A stretch of 64,000 nucleotides of DNA from Octopus sinensis (taxonomy: Eukaryota): assembly GCF_006345805.1 (NCBI RefSeq), contig NC_043005.1, forward strand, positions 63,550,001-63,614,000. Reading direction: 5' to 3'. Both the position numbers and the translations under genes were made by a program. Below are positions 52,471 to 64,000 of the stretch, in pieces. The stretch's first letter is position 1; each line of letters starts with the position of its first letter. Under the pieces are notes generated by a model that made no database searches, had not been told where the DNA came from, and saw only the letters and a program-made list of their open reading frames with translations.

Positions 52471-52549
<79 letters not shown>
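52360..52549. repeat. Compound microsatellite (TA)n(GA)n(GACA)n(GATA)n
   Basis: Direct inspection. Confidence 0.95.
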
Positions 52550-53334
52550 CGAATAGGATGATAATTTATTTACCCTTACAAAGCAGAAATGTTGGTCAAC
52601 AAGCATCTTTCTAAGGGCAATTTACCCAACGTTTCTGCTGTACAAACGGTGTCTTTACGTTCGGAAATAAATCATCATCCTCTTTGTATCTATATACAGA
52701 TTTCGGCGCTTATAAAAAAAAACAAAAAAACAAATGTTAATTTGTTCACTGCTGTAAGAGACGTGCAGATGGGACCGAGCAGTGGTTGGCAAACGAACAT
52801 CTGAACTACTTAATCGTGACTGCAGCATTTTATTAGACATTGGCGAGAACACGGTAAGCTATCTAGAATTTTCCATAAACCTATTAACCACAATTTTATT
52901 GTGATTCATTGGTAACAGTGTACATATTTATTGCTGCGATTATATATTATATATTTCAACTATTTTGGAATTTTATTTGAAAGGTTATAAATGTCCACAT
53001 TAATTAGATATCTTAGAATTAGTTATATGTGTATTAATTTTATGCGAAATATTTAGACCATATGCAGTTTCGAAGATGAGGATTCAGGCGTTCTTTCAAC
53101 TAAATTTATTCACTCATTGAACTACAGGGTAATAGGTCGATCAATTTACTGATCAATTTCACTCTTAAGAAGGGGGGGGGGTTAACGCAAGGCAATGCTA
53201 AATTCCACTTTTTCAGGATGTACGTATAGTATCGAACTCGCGACATTATAATTCCGAAGCGAACTTCTTAATCATGCTGACCTGTTATGCTGTATCATAA
53301 TTTATCATAACTGTGAAAAAAAAAAAAATAATAA

Positions 53335-53512
53335 AGCGGCGAGTTAACAGAAGAATTAGATCGTGGGCCGTTTTTAAAGTTAAAGTCTTGTTGAGGTCAA
53401 CTTTGCCTTTCATACTTTTGTGGTTGATAAAATAAAGAGCCGCTCAAATAATGGCGTCGATGATATCAACTGACACCTGGTCTCCAAATTTGTGCCTAAA
53501 TTAGAAGCCATT
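53335..53512 (+). mobile_element. Degraded SINE group A (tail type 1)
   Basis: agcggcgagttaacagaa...gaggtcaactttgcctttcat...ttgtgcctaaattagaa. Confidence 0.7.
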
Positions 53513-55003
53513 ATGGTAATTGTAAAATTGGCTGAGTTGCTACGAGATGCAGAAATTACTACCTGCTACTGTAACTATAAATACATTTGTTAAATACTAT
53601 TGCAGTAGTTCTGTAGTAGATGCCAGAGGAACGTACTGAGGATTAAAGCTTGGTGCAAATAATCTTTAATTTTGGATCATTCACATTTCAAAGTGGAAAC
53701 TTATAAATGTGGTGAGTAGGCAAAGTCATTAGTATCGGAATTCAAATGTCATTGAGATCAACTTTGTCTCTGATTTTGGGGACAATTAGTAAAATACTAG
53801 ACTAGTATTGTGGCGATTTATTTCGCATATTCCCCCTCACATACCTCACTTCCTCTCCCTTTTCTTCCTTCCTCTCTATTCTTTTTTCTATTCTCCTTCA
53901 CCTCCTTCTCTCTCCCCTCACTCCCCACCCTCTTTGGAAGAAATGAGCCGTTTTGAAAGTTAGAGAGAGAAGGGTTCCGCTTGAACTTAAATCATGATGC
54001 TGTCCATACGAGAGCCCTCACACACTCACACTTATAAAATGATTCAAGCAACAATGTTTTTCTATGTATAACATGGATGTACTAGTAAAACTCTTTTCCC
54101 CCCGGGATATTACTATAAGAGAAGTCGTAGTTAGCTGGGCAAATTAGCAAAACACCAATTATCTTTAAAATAATCTAAAACAATCTTGTTGTACTAACAT
54201 GTTACAACCATTGACCAAATCATCAATATTTAAGTATCTTAGCCATATGTAAAGCAGACGTGCTGAGTAAGTTAATGGTATTTGTCGTTTATATTATCCA
54301 ATCAATCGTCTTAAAAGTTACGTTATTTCATAAGAAAATATATCAGCAAAAAATTTGTTACAAAAGTTATCTCTCGGAGAAAGAAAAACACAAAATAAGA
54401 TATTCGAGCAAATAAAAGGAGAAAAAAGATATTAACAAAGAAACAGTTGAAAATATAATACTAAGCTATAATATATATTGTTATTCTATTGACAATTTTA
54501 GCAATGCAATTTTACAAATTCCCCGATGTAATATTAACCTGATAAAGAATCAATAGGATTCCTGGTTACTTTTGCTCTAAGGTGATGTCTTTTGACATAT
54601 TTATTCTGCATACACAAAACCTATAGGTCAACTTATTCTGCATCAATGTACACACAAAGTTTACACTGCCTCGATGCTCTTTACACGGATGTCCAACGTA
54701 ACTATATATGTTCTAACTGACATAGTGGTACAAGCTTTTGACACTTGTTTTAAATACGAGATTAAAGCAAAAGTTGTTCTTGAATCTTCTGCTTCATAGA
54801 ACGTCACAGTCTTAACAAGTGTTGTATCATGAAAATAAAAGAATTCCTTTTATTCATATTTGTTCGACATATGTTGTACACACCAACCAATCGATTTAAC
54901 TGAATATCTAACAACGTACATATCTTTAATTCTTTTCCTCTCTTTCTTCGCTGTTTCTAGTAACATACATATACACATGCTTACAATTATAGCATTGACG
55001 TGC

Positions 55004-55050
<47 letters not shown>

Positions 55051-55097
55051 AATACATATGCACTCATATACATGCATATACATACGTATATACATAT

Positions 55098-55434
55098 ACA
55101 TTATTTACATTTGATGGATATTTGTCCTCATACTGTTTGTTGTTATATACCCTCCAGCTTTCATTAGGTATCTTGGGGAAATTTCGAACCTGGGTTCTCA
55201 TTCCTAAGGAATTTTTGATGTTATTATTATTACTACTAGAACTCGGAATCTTGGGATTAGTAGCCTGTGCTTTTAACCACTACGCCATGTGCCCGTGGGA
55301 AATTATGGAGTGAAATTTAGGGTTTATAAATCTAATATTCTCCTATCTTTCCTTAATACCGGTTTCCATATGCTGTTCATATCTGCACTCGGTCTGCTTA
55401 AGAGGTTGTTGTGACCTAGCGCATGTGCTGCTTT
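55098..55434 (-). mobile_element. Penelope-like element 3' end: GIY-YIG C-terminus, tRNA-like cassette, hammerhead remnant
   Basis: 55434-55324 reads KAAHALGHNNLLSRPSADMNSIWKPVLRKDRRILDL* (KEA...N-x-x-NR...W-x-P-x-L type ending); then GGGCACATGGCGTAGTGGTTAA...GAGTTC (55294-55239); then CTAATGAAAGCTG; ends at a TA/CA microsatellite. Confidence 0.7.
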
Positions 55435-55439
55435 TGGTA

Positions 55440-55960
55440 GTGCCCAACGACCCATGTTTCTGTCTAGATGAACCGGGAGTTTGTGGTAAAACTTATATGT
55501 TTAATACCATAATTTTCTCATGTTCAAAGGAACAACTGCAACACGTGCATTGATACTTGGACAGGCATTGCCTCTACACTACTGTCAGGTGGAAAGACTA
55601 TCCGTAGTTTGTTCAAGTTGCCTGTCCCACTCACGGAAACCAGCATTTGTAATGTACCACTTCAGACCATGCAAATCATTTACAAAACCTGGATTTGATC
55701 ATCTTGGATGAGGCTTCTGTGATCCCTTCATTTGCTGTTAATGCTATTGATAAAGCTTTACGAGATATCAATGGCATTGCTACTGTGTTTGGTAGTAAAT
55801 TGTGCTCTTGGGGAGAGACATTAGGCAAGGCCTTCCCATATTGCCGAGAGGAACTCGTGAGGCAATTATTGAATCTGTATTAAACATTCTACTCTATGGC
55901 TGAATTTCATCCAGTACAAATTAAGCCAAAACATCAGGACAACAGCAGATCAAAGGGAGC
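55440..55960 (+). mobile_element. Helitron PIF1-like helicase pseudogene fragment
   Basis: CFCLDEPGVCGKTYMFN (Walker A); WTGIASTLLSGGKTIRSLFKLPVP; LIILDEAS (Walker B); AIDKALRDI...FGSK; LLGGDIRQGLPILPRG; frameshifted. Confidence 0.9.
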
Positions 55961-56144
55961 CACGTGAGCAAGGGAGGAGTGAGGAGAGAGAGTGACAGAG
56001 TAATAGGATAGAAGAGTGGGAGAAGAGGAGGTAAATGAATAAGAGAGAGAAAAAGAGAAAAACGAGAGTAAAAAGATTGTACAGGGTGCGCATCAGAATT
56101 ACTTAGATAAAACTTACTTCGAAGAGGATGCGTGGCGTTCAGTC

Positions 56145-56231
56145 ATTTAATAATATAATATAATATAATATTATATATATATAATATATATATATATAAT
56201 ATAATATAATATAATATAATATAATATAATA

Positions 56232-56282
<51 letters not shown>

Positions 56283-56350
56283 GCATATATATATATATGC
56301 ATATATACATACGCGTGTATGTGTGTGTCTGCATATCCATCTCTCTCTCA

Positions 56351-56417
<67 letters not shown>

Positions 56418-56428
56418 AAGATAGATAT

Positions 56429-56473
<45 letters not shown>

Positions 56474-56474
56474 C

Positions 56475-56511
<37 letters not shown>

Positions 56512-56515
56512 TACA
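56145..56515. repeat. Compound (ATATA)n/(TA)n/(CT)n/(GA)n/(GATA)n microsatellite
   Basis: Direct inspection. Confidence 0.95.
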
Positions 56516-56548
56516 CACATGTATATAAACATCTACATGTGTGTGTTT

Positions 56549-56820
56549 GGAAGCTCGTGGCTTAATGCGTTACACCCATGAGCGTAAGATTGTGGTTTGG
56601 ATTCTTCGACTGTGTGATGCGTTGTGTTCATAAGCATAACACTTCACTTCAAGTTGTCCCTTTTCACTGAGCTGGCGAAAAATAAGTAATCCTGTGGCGG
56701 ATTGGCGTCTCTAGTTCGTCACAGGATTACTCATTTGGGAATAAGTGTGAGGTGGGAATATATATGTGCCACAGAATCTGTGATACTAGACTTACGAGCG
56801 TATAGCTTAAGAAGGACCTT
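56549..56820 (+). mobile_element. Degraded full-length SINE group C (tail like 21541-21670)
   Basis: gaagctcgtggcttaatg head; cctgtggcggattggcgtc; gggaatatatatgtgccacagaatc. Confidence 0.65.
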
Positions 56821-57051
56821 TGATCCTCTTATAAAACCTCTCTCTTTGTTTCCCTCTCTCTCTCTCTCTTACACACACACACAAACACACACACACAGAC
56901 ACACACACCTTATTGCCAAATATTTAACAGGTATTTCGTTTCCATGCTCCAGAGTGATAATATTTGCCTTAATAAGTAACAAGCAGTTAATGCTTCATGG
57001 GAGATTTTTGTGTTTTATTAACAATAAGTACATTAAATGCATATATCTTGT

Positions 57052-57225
57052 ATCAGCCACGTGATTCAGTCGTTAGACGGCGGTCATGCTGGGGCACCAC
57101 CGTTATGAAATTTTAGTCGAATGAATCGACACCAGTACTTAAATTTTGTTAGCCTGGTACTTGTTCTATTGGTCTCTTTTCTTCATAAGCACTAAATTAC
57201 GGGGACTTAAGCACACCAACGCCGT
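57052..57225 (-). mobile_element. 3' part of SINE group B
   Basis: gcggtcatgctggggcaccacc...tagtcgaatgaatcgac...tacggggacttaagcacacca. Confidence 0.8.
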
Positions 57226-57419
57226 TCTATATTTAAGACATGAGGGATTATGAAACCGGTTGAAACCGGTACAGTATTTTAATCAAGGAAAAGAACTCAT
57301 TGGAACGAGTAAAGCAAACGACGAACAATTCTTCTCCATGCAACATTACATAACGTGTAAGAAAGACTCACAAGTACATACATACAAACACATGTGTGTG
57401 AGAGAGAGAGAGAGAGAGG

Positions 57420-57635
57420 GAGAGTGTGTGTGTGTGTTTTGCTTGCATCCCACCATCTAGACAACCGATGTTGGTATGTTTACGTCTCCGTAACTTAGCG
57501 GATCGATAAAAGAGAGTGATAGAATAAGTACTAGCCTTACAAAGAATAAGTTTTGTGGTCGATTTGTTCAACTAAAGGCGATGCTCCAGTATAGCCGCAT
57601 TCAGTTGGTCTGAAACAAGTAAAAGAATAAAAGTA
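57420..57635 (+). mobile_element. 3' part of SINE group B (inverted relative to the 57052 copy)
   Basis: gacaaccgatgttggtatgtttacgtctccgtaacttagcgg...tgctccagtatagccgcattcagttggtctgaaacaagtaaaaga. Confidence 0.85.
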
Positions 57636-57644
57636 CAAAAAAGA

Positions 57645-57680
<36 letters not shown>

Positions 57681-57744
57681 AATTAATAAATAAAACATAT
57701 GCATATATACATACATATATGTACGTACCTACCTCTACATGTAT

Positions 57745-58090
57745 ATATACATGCATATATGGGTACAGGACACCAAAAAAAACGTCGAACACAATGAGAA
57801 ACGAAAACATAAACACAAAACCAACGAACTGGACATTTTTCTTAAACAACGAAAAAATAGAGTACAGGACAAATAACACAAGGAAAATTCCCCTTCTTCA
57901 GTCGCCATGGTTTCATCTACTCTGCGTTTCGAAGGTGAAGGTGATACACATCTTCGATAGAAACTTTCCTTCCCGCGAAAAGCAAATTAAATAAAATTTG
58001 AGATCTTTTTGCGGTGGGGTAAAAATGGTAACAGGACAGTAACGACAGTACAAAATATAAACAGTAAAATACAGGACAAGGAGAATAACA
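57745..58090 (-). mobile_element. Dispersed repeat, homologue of 11560-11845 (probable PLE terminal region)
   Basis: Same shared blocks as 11560-11845; also ends in a TA-rich microsatellite. Confidence 0.6.
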
Positions 58091-58569
58091 AGACATATTT
58101 GCATGTGTGTGTGTGAGAGAGAGAAAGAGTGAGAGGGAGGGAGAGAGAGAAAGAGAGAGAGAGAGGAATCCGATATATCCGGAAAATGATCAGAATTCTC
58201 TTAAGTACGTCATTATGAAAATGTACAATTTAGCAATTGTGGATATACAAGTATACACATGAAAATAATATGTATATGAAATAATTATACTATTTGTGTC
58301 CCTATAAATCAGTGTCGATAATGTAATCGAAATAGTCCCTTCTTTTCAGGTCAGTGAAATAACGTACTAGTCAAATATTATGGTTGGGATATAACTAATT
58401 ACCTTCCACTCTTAAGATTTAGGACTTGTGCCTGTCAAAAATCAATTCAGTCGACAGCTCTTCTACAGAAACTGCGTCTTGTATCTAAGCAATACCTGTA
58501 TTAATTATTATAGTTATAAGAATGGTAGTGGAAAGGTAGAAGTGACAGCTGTATACCTTACAGCGTTCA

Positions 58570-58885
58570 TTTTCATCACTCACCGGTGAAACTATCGTAG
58601 TGTCTATGGGAAATAAATCAGCATAGAAAAAGCTACTATATCGCCATGGAATCCACGGAAAACTTTTTGAAAGCAATCATGCATTATTGAGCTGTGATGT
58701 AATGCTGTTTGTCAAGAATAAAGATCAAATAAATAAAGTCGTCCTTCCTGAAATTCTCTACAAATACATACAAATGGTCGATGCTGTTGCTAGGAGTAAA
58801 CTGGAAGGGTTTTGGTAATGAAACAAGAGAGGACATATAGGAAAGAATTGGACGGATATTAGCAGTGAATGAATCTATTAACAAA
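58570..58885 (-). mobile_element. Possible very old CR1/Jockey-group LINE fragment
   Basis: LIDSFTANIRPILSYMS resembles Y-x-x-x-IRP-x-LEY; HGDIVAFSM...HRHYDS resembles HRR-x-VA-x-LS-x-FYRYY; weak. Confidence 0.35.
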
Positions 58886-59083
58886 ATACAAAAACAGGGT
58901 AAATTTTACACACCGTACACGTAATTCTTTCTCCTCTCGAACATTCATATGCAAATGTATAAAGTGAAATAAATACACATAAATACACTTTGTATATATA
59001 TATTGTATGTATATATATGCATATACTTGAATGCATATATATATATATTTGAGATACGTCATATATAGACACATGTTTGTGAG

Positions 59084-59122
<39 letters not shown>

Positions 59123-59844
59123 ATATATATACTTACATATTTATATATGTATATGTATACATGCACACGCACCACATTCACATGCATATATATATAGATA
59201 AACATATATGAGCGTATCTCTTTGCACACACACATATATATATACATATGTGTGCGTGTGTGTATGTATGCATACACTTATATATAAGAGAGATTTCTGA
59301 ATTGAATAAGATCAAGGAAACTGACATGAAAAGCAATACGTAGAAAGTAATATATTTCAGGGTGATGCTGTAATCTAAACTGAATCGAAGAAACAAGTCT
59401 TGAGATTCTGGTATATTGACCACGCTTCTTACAAGAATTTCCATTTAAAGATGAACAGGTTAATTTAGATAAGGACATTTAAGATGTAATAGTCATGCAT
59501 ACAAATACATATCACAAAAATATATCAGCTATATATCATACATTTTCTACGAAAGGACAGGATTAATTGGTCATTTATATAATAACATGAGTGAAGATTT
59601 TTGAATCTTAGCACACCCTTTCTACAGGCTATGTTTTATTTTCATTTTCGAGTTATAGTTACTTTGGTATGCATTATATCATCGAGTTTTAGCCAGGCTT
59701 ACTTACTCGTCGTCTTTCATCCTATTCAGATTCATACGTCTACTTTTCCTCCGCTGGTGTATTTTCTTCTCCTTTTCCCAAGTCTACTGCTACTACTACT
59801 TTTCTCTTATTCGTCGTCTTATTTTTAGGAACGATCAAATAGTG

Positions 59845-59990
59845 AAGCTTGACACTGGGTTAGGAGAATCGTTAGAGCGTTGGCTGTGATATTATTTCCG
59901 GCTTACTGTAGTCATAGTTCAAATCCAGCTGAAGTCACTTTGCCTTCCAACCTTCCTACTTCGGCAAATAAAGAATCAGTACTGGTTTAT
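59845..59990 (+). mobile_element. Degraded SINE group A head/core
   Basis: gaatcgttagagcg...agttcaaatccagctgaagtcactttgccttccaacc. Confidence 0.65.
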
Positions 59991-60163
59991 TCCTCTCCCC
60001 CCCCCTCTCTCTCTCTTTCTTTACGTCTCGGCTTTTCGGAAAGAAAGTGACTATATTCAGACTTGGAGTAAAGTGATTCCCAATAGAAATATCCAACAAG
60101 ATACACAGTGTCATCACATATACACACACAAACACACACATTCACACACACGCACAAACACAC

Positions 60164-60208
<45 letters not shown>

Positions 60209-60875
60209 CTCTCTCTTTCTCATTGTCTCTTTGTCTCTCTTTGGTAAAGAAAGCGACTGTGTTCAGAGTCGTCGGTTAGTAAACCCCAACAGATTTAGAA
60301 ATGGCCAAGATACACCGTGTCATGTTGGTACACTCATGACTCAATCAAGGGTTGAGGATCCAAAGAAATACTGGCGTTGACATATTCCAATTTTCTTACG
60401 CCCAAAAGGTGCGTATCCTTGTGTCAATACGTGAAATGCTTATTATATAATGAGTCCTGTTTCCAAAGAATTTTAAAAAATTATTTGAAATTCTCTGCAA
60501 GTATATAACATTGAGCAACGAGTTAAAGATACTTGAGTCTATAATGCTTCGGTTTGTACATTCATAAGCACACCAAATATGCAAATGATCTCAGTAACTG
60601 AATCAGTCCATGGAATCTATTTCAAGTTGTTTTATTGAGTAAATTTTTGTAATATGTTGCTCTAAATAAGATTATAATTTTCGAATAGCCTTGTCTTTAG
60701 CAATAAAAAATGGTATAGATATATTCACAGATTTGACCACATGATCTCCGATCGTCACCCAGACCTTTATTCCTTTATATGTACAGTCTACCGTATTGGA
60801 TTCAAATTTTAAAATATGAACACAATATTCTTATTCACGTGCATCTGTCACAAAGTAAACAGAAGAATAGTTAGT

Positions 60876-61105
60876 GAAGGCGCGTTGCTTAGTGTTTAGG
60901 GGTATTCGGAGCACGATCGTAAGCTCGTGAGTTCGATTTCTGGTGGCATGTTATCTCCTTGAGCAAGACACTTTATTTCACGTTGCTCCAATCCACTCAA
61001 CTGGCAAAATGAGTTCTACCTGTAATCTCCCTGAGAACTCTTGCGCGTTAATTTCGCGAGCAGGTTATTCAGTTGGTCGGATCAATTGGACCACCCAGTT
61101 TAGAG
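60876..61105 (+). mobile_element. SINE group C with internal deletion (tail like 61503)
   Basis: GAAGGCGCGTTGCTTAGTGTTTAGG head, GAGTTCGATTTC B-box, cgttaatttcgcgagcaggttattcagttggtcggatcaattgga. Confidence 0.8.
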
Positions 61106-61502
61106 GTATCGTTACCTATTAGTTGAGAAAGGAATGTTCTCAGCTCGAATGCAGTCAGTTACTGAGTGCACGTCCAGGAATAAGATGCCTGATGACGACT
61201 GGAGGTAGAATTACTGGAAACGTAGCATAAATATTTAAAATATTTAACAAAATATTTAATCTCTAAAGATAAGATTAGTAACACGAGAAATGGCCTTAAA
61301 TTTTCCTTTGTTTGTACAATAGAAAAGGAAAGAAATAATGGAATAACATCTTTAAAAACATGTGAGTGCTGTGAGTCTGTAGTCTTATTAAATCGATGGA
61401 TTAATGTTTTACCCCTGAGGAAATTATTTTCTTGCAATCTATCAATTATCATGTTTCTCAATCGTCTGGATTTGGAAATGTAGTGGATCTTATAAAGAAA
61501 TT

Positions 61503-61878
61503 GTTGGCACTCCGTCGGTTGATGAGGAGGGTTCCAGTTGATCCGATCAATAGAACAGCCTGCTCATGAAATTAACGTGCAAGTGGCTGAGCACTTCCCA
61601 GACACGAGTAATCTTAACGTAGTTCTTGTGGAGATTCAGCGTGACACAGAGTGTGACAAGGCTGGCCTTTTGAAATACAGGTAAAAGAGAAACAGGAAGA
61701 AAGAGTGAGAGAAAGTTGTGAAAGAGTACATCAGGGTTCGCCACCAACCCCTGCCGGAGCAACGTGGAGATTTAGATGATTTTGCTCAATAAACACTCAC
61801 AACGCCGGTCTGGGAATCGAAACCACGATCCTACGACCGCAGTCCGCTGCCCTAACCACTGGGCCATTGCGCCTCCAC
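61503..61878 (-). mobile_element. Young full-length SINE (group C-related) with perfect 11-bp TSD
   Basis: TSD ATAAAGAAATT at 61492-61502 and 61879-61889; head GGAGGCGCAATGGCCCAGTGGTTAGG, B-box GGTTTCGATTCCC; tail ACTGGAACCCTC...CCGACGGAGTGCCAAC. Confidence 0.95.
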
Positions 61879-61911
61879 ATAAAGAAATTACTGGGGAATG
61901 AAAGCAAATAA

Positions 61912-62070
61912 TGTTTTCAAAGTTTGGCTCAAGGCCAGCAATTTCGGGAAGCGGGTAAGTCTATTACGTCACCTCCAGTGCTCAAATTAATTTGTCGACC
62001 CTGATTTGATGAAACGCAAAGTCGACCTCGGCGAAAAGTCGACCTCAGCGAAAAGTCGACCTCGGCGAAA
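61912..62070 (-). mobile_element. 5'-truncated SINE group A with a 17-bp unit triplicated at the truncation point
   Basis: AAAGTCGACCTCGGCGA x3 (62018-62068, middle copy has one G>A); tail type 1 at 61912-61945. Confidence 0.85.
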
Positions 62071-62924
62071 AAATATATATAGATATTTTAAAAACTAGGA
62101 AAATTTCGTGTCTCCTGTTTTACTAGTCATACTTGAGTATAACAAAATTATGAATAAAACGTTCTTTTTCAAAATCCTCAGTTAATATTTTAAACGTCTG
62201 TGACAGTCCTAAATTCCTCTTGAGGTACTGTGAACCATTAATCTAATGCAAACATACTTAGTGAAGTTTATACGTGTCTATAGTATAAATGAGGCTTTGA
62301 ATACAGAAGTCTGCAACAAATATTCCTTAAGTCTACTTACTCAAAAGAGACTGGAGTGACAGAACAACAACACTAATATAATATTCATTCCTTTCTATAT
62401 TGCCACTGCTATTCGTAATGGTGAACTTTTATCCCTATGCGATGCTTATAGGTGGACCGGAAGTACATGAACTGAATAAGAAAATTATGTGCTTACAATT
62501 TGTTCTCTCACGAGAATCTTCTTACGCAATTCATGTTTTCAATGCACTTAAAGAACTTCATCTGATTATGGTTTATGTTATTCAGCAGATTCTAGCTCTT
62601 GGTTTATGAGCCGGGAATTCAATACTCTGGTTGGTTGTTGTTACTTCACGTAAAAGTTCTAAGAAACCTCAACTTATATTAGTTGACAATAGCCAGTCCC
62701 AGTTTTGTGAAGCAGATAATAATTCTAGGAAAGCGTTATTGTTATGAAACCTACAGAAGAATATTTTAAACTTCAAACTTCGTGTTCTATAAATTTAGAA
62801 CTTAAAAATTTAAATCATTTCGAAATTGGTAATTTTTAAAAATATTTTCCAACTATATAATCAAATACATTTTTTTAATGTCATTACATCATAACATCCT
62901 CATTTTAACAGTATTCTAGCTAAG

Positions 62925-63095
62925 GATGGTAAATTGTGAGCAGTTTTCCTTTACCGAGCTTATAGTTCTGAGTTAAAATCCCACCGATATCGACTTTAAT
63001 TTTCTACCATCTGTAGTTGGTCAAATAAGCAACAATTGAGTTTTAAGATTGATCTAATCGACTACACATCCTACAAATATGTGGCCTATGTTAAA
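62925..63095 (+). mobile_element. Degraded SINE group A
   Basis: gttctgagttaaaatcccaccgatatcgacttt...gtggcctatgttaaaa. Confidence 0.6.
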
Positions 63096-63290
63096 AAAGC
63101 AATAATGATCCTGTTAAAATTATTGATCTTAAATTAGGAGACTTCACATTAACTTTATGTTGAATAAAATTATAATGATTTTAATCAAATAAATTCATAT
63201 CCTTTATTTATATATTAGGTTTCTTACGAAAAAGAAAGCAAGGTCGTAATATATTTAGAGATGTGATTGTCGATGAAATGGACTGTAATA

Positions 63291-63516
63291 TGGCGAGTTG
63301 GCAGAATCTTTAGGACGCTGGACAAAATTCTGAACAAAATTCTTAGCGGCATTTCGTCCATCTTCACATTCTGAATTCAAATTCCACCGAGTTCTATTTT
63401 ACCTTTCATCCTTTCGGAGTCGATGTAAATAAGTACCAGTTGAGTACTGGGATCGCTGTAAATCAGCTTACCCTCTTCCGAAATTGCTGGCCTTGTGCCA
63501 AAATTTGAAATCAATA
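63291..63516 (+). mobile_element. Full-length SINE group A (tail type 1), followed by a degraded inverted copy (63520-63650)
   Basis: tggcgagttggcagaatc...ttctgaattcaaattccaccgag...cctttcatcctttcggagtcgat...gaaattgctggccttgtgccaaaatttgaaatcaata. Confidence 0.9.
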
Positions 63517-64000
63517 TTTGGCAACTTATCAGCACCCGAAGGAAGAAAGAAAAAGTTGACCTCGATCAGATTTGAATACAAATTGTTAGAAAGATCTACC
63601 TCAATAGTCAAAATTATTTAGTCCGACGCCTTGATAATCGAGTCAATCTATTCAGTATTCAGGGATACAGATTGGTATTAATTAAAACTTGTACATTATA
63701 GTAAATTCTTCAATGGGGGAAATAAATGAATTATGTTGACTTTTGTCGGTCGAAATAGAGAACTCAATTTCTGCAGTGAATGTGAGCGTACAATTCGTGA
63801 TTTAACACTTCAACAGCATTTTAATGCCGCAACAAATGAAAATAGGTAGATTACATTTGCTCAAAATAAATGTTGGGGATTGTGCTAGAAGGACTCCACA
63901 CAGAATGGGCTCTTATCACACACCAGACATTATCGAGAAACCTCAATTAAAACGATAGTCCACATCCAATGGTAAGACAAGCGTAGATGATATGTGGACT

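Noticed and set aside
55440-55960. Host PIF1 helicase gene
   Set aside because: Frameshifted, intronless fragment with Helitron-type motif context (WTGIA..LL.GG.T..S.FKLPVP) among other TE debris

Overview
AT-rich animal non-coding DNA (intergenic or intronic), packed with (TA)n/(CA)n/(GATA)n microsatellites and transposon debris. The repeat content looks like a coleoid cephalopod, most likely Octopus; this is an inference, not a database result. I found no intact host protein-coding gene, rRNA, true tRNA gene or CRISPR array, and nearly all long ORFs in the track are microsatellite read-throughs. Recognisable content: (1) about 25 copies of three tRNA-headed SINE groups, called A, B and C here, several with clear target-site duplications (TSDs); (2) decayed LINEs: five RTE-clade pieces (three ending in zinc fingers), an L1/Tx1-like element and a CR1-group 3' end; (3) Penelope-like element (PLE) remnants next to (TA)n, with hammerhead-ribozyme-like motifs and fold-back palindromes; (4) mariner, hAT, Helitron and Gypsy fragments plus MITEs. 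The most striking pattern is a modular SINE-LINE network. Three SINE 3' tails each match the 3' end of a different LINE clade present in this window (Tx1/L1-like, CR1-group, RTE), and the same SINE head carries alternative tails. A second candidate is a PLE 3' end that joins a GIY-YIG C-terminus, a tRNA-like Pol III cassette and a hammerhead remnant. All alignments were done by eye; boundaries without a TSD or TIR are approximate.
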